Shown: positions 62,210 to 64,000 of the stretch, one piece after another
Layout: the number at the start of each line of letters is the position of its first letter
Position numbering within the stretch: position 1 is the first letter of the stretch
NCBI GenBank assembly: GCA_963701095.1
Contig: OY969564.1
Location: 320,001 to 384,000 of the forward strand
Length of the DNA stretch: 64,000 nt
Origin: an uncultured Methanoregulaceae archaeon
GTDB taxonomy: Archaea > Halobacteriota > Methanomicrobia > Methanomicrobiales > Methanospirillaceae
Direction: 5' to 3'
Notes under the pieces: generated by a model
Seen by the model: only the letters and a program-made list of their open reading frames with translations
Told to the model about the DNA's origin: nothing
Databases searched by the model: none
Made by a program: the position numbers and the translations under genes

Positions 62210-63468
62210 GGTAGTGTCTCTATAATGCTGTAAAATCAGCACACCCAGTATCCAAAGAGATCATCTCACTCTTCACAGATAAATACCGGTTACCCGTGAT
62301 CCACTCCTCATTAATATCGATAAGGATCGAACCGGTAAGTCTTAACAACGAAGCATCATTCGGGAAAGCCCCTATTTTTCTGCTCCGTCGTTTGAGTTCT
62401 TTATTAACCCGTTCCAGGAGATTAGTAGTCCGGATCTTTTTCCAGTGTTCCGGGGGAAATGCCCGGTAATTCATCAGGCCGTGCTCGAACCGGTAGATGG
62501 TATCAGCAGCCCGAGAGAGCCCGAAATTCTCCAGTTCCTTCGCATAAGCAAGTAAGAGAGCATGATCACTGAGACATTCTTTGAGTCGTTCGGCGATCGA
62601 CTTGTGATATTTTCGGGAGACTTTTCTCAGAACTGCCCGGATAAAATGAACGTGACAAAGCTGCCATGATGAGCCAGGGAACATCCTTTCGGCAGCCGAT
62701 TGGATCCCGGAATGTCCATCTGAAATAACGAGATCCACCTTACTGAGACCACGATCCTTGAGGTCGGAAAATATTCCTTCCCAGGTAAGTTCATGTTCCG
62801 CATCAGCTACACGAGCTCCGAGGATCTCCCGGTATCCGTCTTCCCGTACCCGGCTACTACGAGAAGAGTCTTTGTTGACGTACTTGACTCCATCTCTTAC
62901 TTTGAAGTACGATGCATCGACGAAAAGATACGGAAAGTGTGAGTCGATGGTTCTTTCCATAAACTCCGTGATTTTCACATCGAGTTCCTGTGCTACCTTC
63001 GAGACGTAGGACGCCGAAATCTGGGTGACGCCCAGATGTGAGATTACTTTCTCGACATTCCGGGTCGATACGCCCTGAAGATACGATTCGATGATCGCGT
63101 TCACGAGCGCTTTCTCAGCCCGGGAGTATCGTTCGAATACTTTTGTCTCAAACGGGATCTCGCGTAACTGCGGTTTCTGGAGCATGAGATCCCCGAACCG
63201 GGTCTTCAGGGACCTAGACCGGTACCCGTTCCGATGCGCTCTTCTCGAACTCGATCTCGCGTGTTTCGGTACTCCGGCTTGTTGGGCCACTTCCTCGTTC
63301 ATCACATCGTTCAGAAACCACGTGATGAGCTGTTGCATTCCCTTCTCGTTATCGGTAAGATAATTTAGTACGATGTCGTTTAGATTCATTGCCCTGTATT
63401 CTCCTTGTTGCAATCTGATGTTGGATACAGGGCGTCTTCACTTTTTACAGCACTTCGTGTACACTACC
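62210..63468 (-). mobile_element. IS256-family insertion sequence
   Basis: 26-bp terminal IRs GGTAGTGT...TGCTGTAAAA (19/26) enclosing the transposase. Confidence 0.92.
62220..63389 (-). CDS. IS256 DDE transposase
   Basis: RNGYR, YLQGVSTR, FVDASY, ISDGH, CHVHF, TTNLLERVNKELKRR. Confidence 0.95.
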   Translation of the reverse strand: MNLNDIVLNYLTDNEKGMQQLITWFLNDVMNEEVAQQAGVPKHARSSSRRAHRNGYRSRSLKTRFGDLMLQKPQLREIPFETKVFERYSRAEKALVNAIIESYLQGVSTRNVEKVISHLGVTQISASYVSKVAQELDVKITEFMERTIDSHFPYLFVDASYFKVRDGVKYVNKDSSRSSRVREDGYREILGARVADAEHELTWEGIFSDLKDRGLSKVDLVISDGHSGIQSAAERMFPGSSWQLCHVHFIRAVLRKVSRKYHKSIAERLKECLSDHALLLAYAKELENFGLSRAADTIYRFEHGLMNYRAFPPEHWKKIRTTNLLERVNKELKRRSRKIGAFPNDASLLRLTGSILIDINEEWITGNRYLSVKSEMISLDTGCADFTAL

Positions 63469-63470
63469 TG

Positions 63471-64000
63471 ATGGCATCCGGCAATCTCGAATTCAAACTG
63501 GATCTTAAGCCGCCTACAGAAAACACAAGATCTGCTTACGAACAGTTCGTCATTATAAATTCAATGATCGAGAAAGTCCGCGAAGCACTCATACTCATGA
63601 TTGCTGATGCCAATATGCTCGCCGATGCTGCCGTAGCAGGAAAGCTCGAAACCCGTGCTGATGCCTCTCGTCACGAGGGAGATTTCCGTAAAATTGTCGA
63701 AGGTGTCAATGTCACACTCGATTCTGTAATCAGGCCGGTCAACGAAGCCCTCCGAATGTCCCAGGAATACGCAAAGCAGAACTTCTCAGCCAGAGTGGAT
63801 GAAAACCTCAAAGTAGCTGGCGATTTCTTGGCATTTAAAAATGCCCTTAACAATATCGGGATTGCCGTATCAGCTGCTGTGAAAACCGTGAATATGCAAA
63901 CGGGAAATCTGTCAGTTTCTTCGGCGAAAGCACTCTCAAATCTTAAAGATGTATCAACTGCATCTGATCGGATTACTGCCAATGCCCAAAAAGTCAATGA
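63471..64000 (+). CDS. Methyl-accepting chemotaxis protein (poly-HAMP), 5'-truncated by IS256, runs off the window
   Basis: Open frame MASGNLEF...AAVAGKLETRADASRHEGDFRKIVEGVNVTLD...NFSARVDENLKVAGDF. Confidence 0.85.
   Translation, partial: MASGNLEFKLDLKPPTENTRSAYEQFVIINSMIEKVREALILMIADANMLADAAVAGKLETRADASRHEGDFRKIVEGVNVTLDSVIRPVNEALRMSQEYAKQNFSARVDENLKVAGDFLAFKNALNNIGIAVSAAVKTVNMQTGNLSVSSAKALSNLKDVSTASDRITANAQKVN

Noticed and set aside
62845..62875. Odd DSSRSSR segment in the IS256 transposase
   Set aside because: A +1/-1 indel pair restores the expected KALLVVAGVRE, so this is most likely a compensating base-call error. It also supports a noisy assembly.

Overview
Archaeal DNA, most consistent with a Methanomicrobiales (Methanoregula-like) methanogen, based on tfe, aTrm56, archaeal alaS, DUF39-CBS homocysteine synthesis, MTH865 and aRF1. 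The window has six parts. (1) 1-3.8 kb: end of an integrated element (serine recombinase, lipoprotein, small ORFs) abutting tRNA-Leu(GAG). (2) 4-18.5 kb: core housekeeping genes. (3) 18.6-27 kb: accessory membrane and stress genes plus unannotated microproteins. (4) 27,146-42,183: a ~15 kb island integrated at tRNA-Gly(GCC), carrying a tyrosine integrase, type III R-M, a degenerate MCM-like gene, a PLD-Zn/SIR2 pair, a lone HK97/encapsulin-like capsid gene and a double His-Me nuclease. (5) 42.4-49.5 kb: tetrapyrrole operon. (6) 49.6-64 kb: accessory region with a decayed tRNA-Leu, an aRF1 paralog, surface proteins and an IS256 truncating a chemoreceptor. Many conserved genes carry single-base frameshifts, most likely assembly indels. 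The best novelty candidates are a covarying 5'-leader hairpin plus upstream box shared by a three-member small-protein family, the candidate defence modules of the tRNA-Gly island, and a 27-aa histone-H1-like microprotein. All family calls are motif recognition by eye; no database searches were run.
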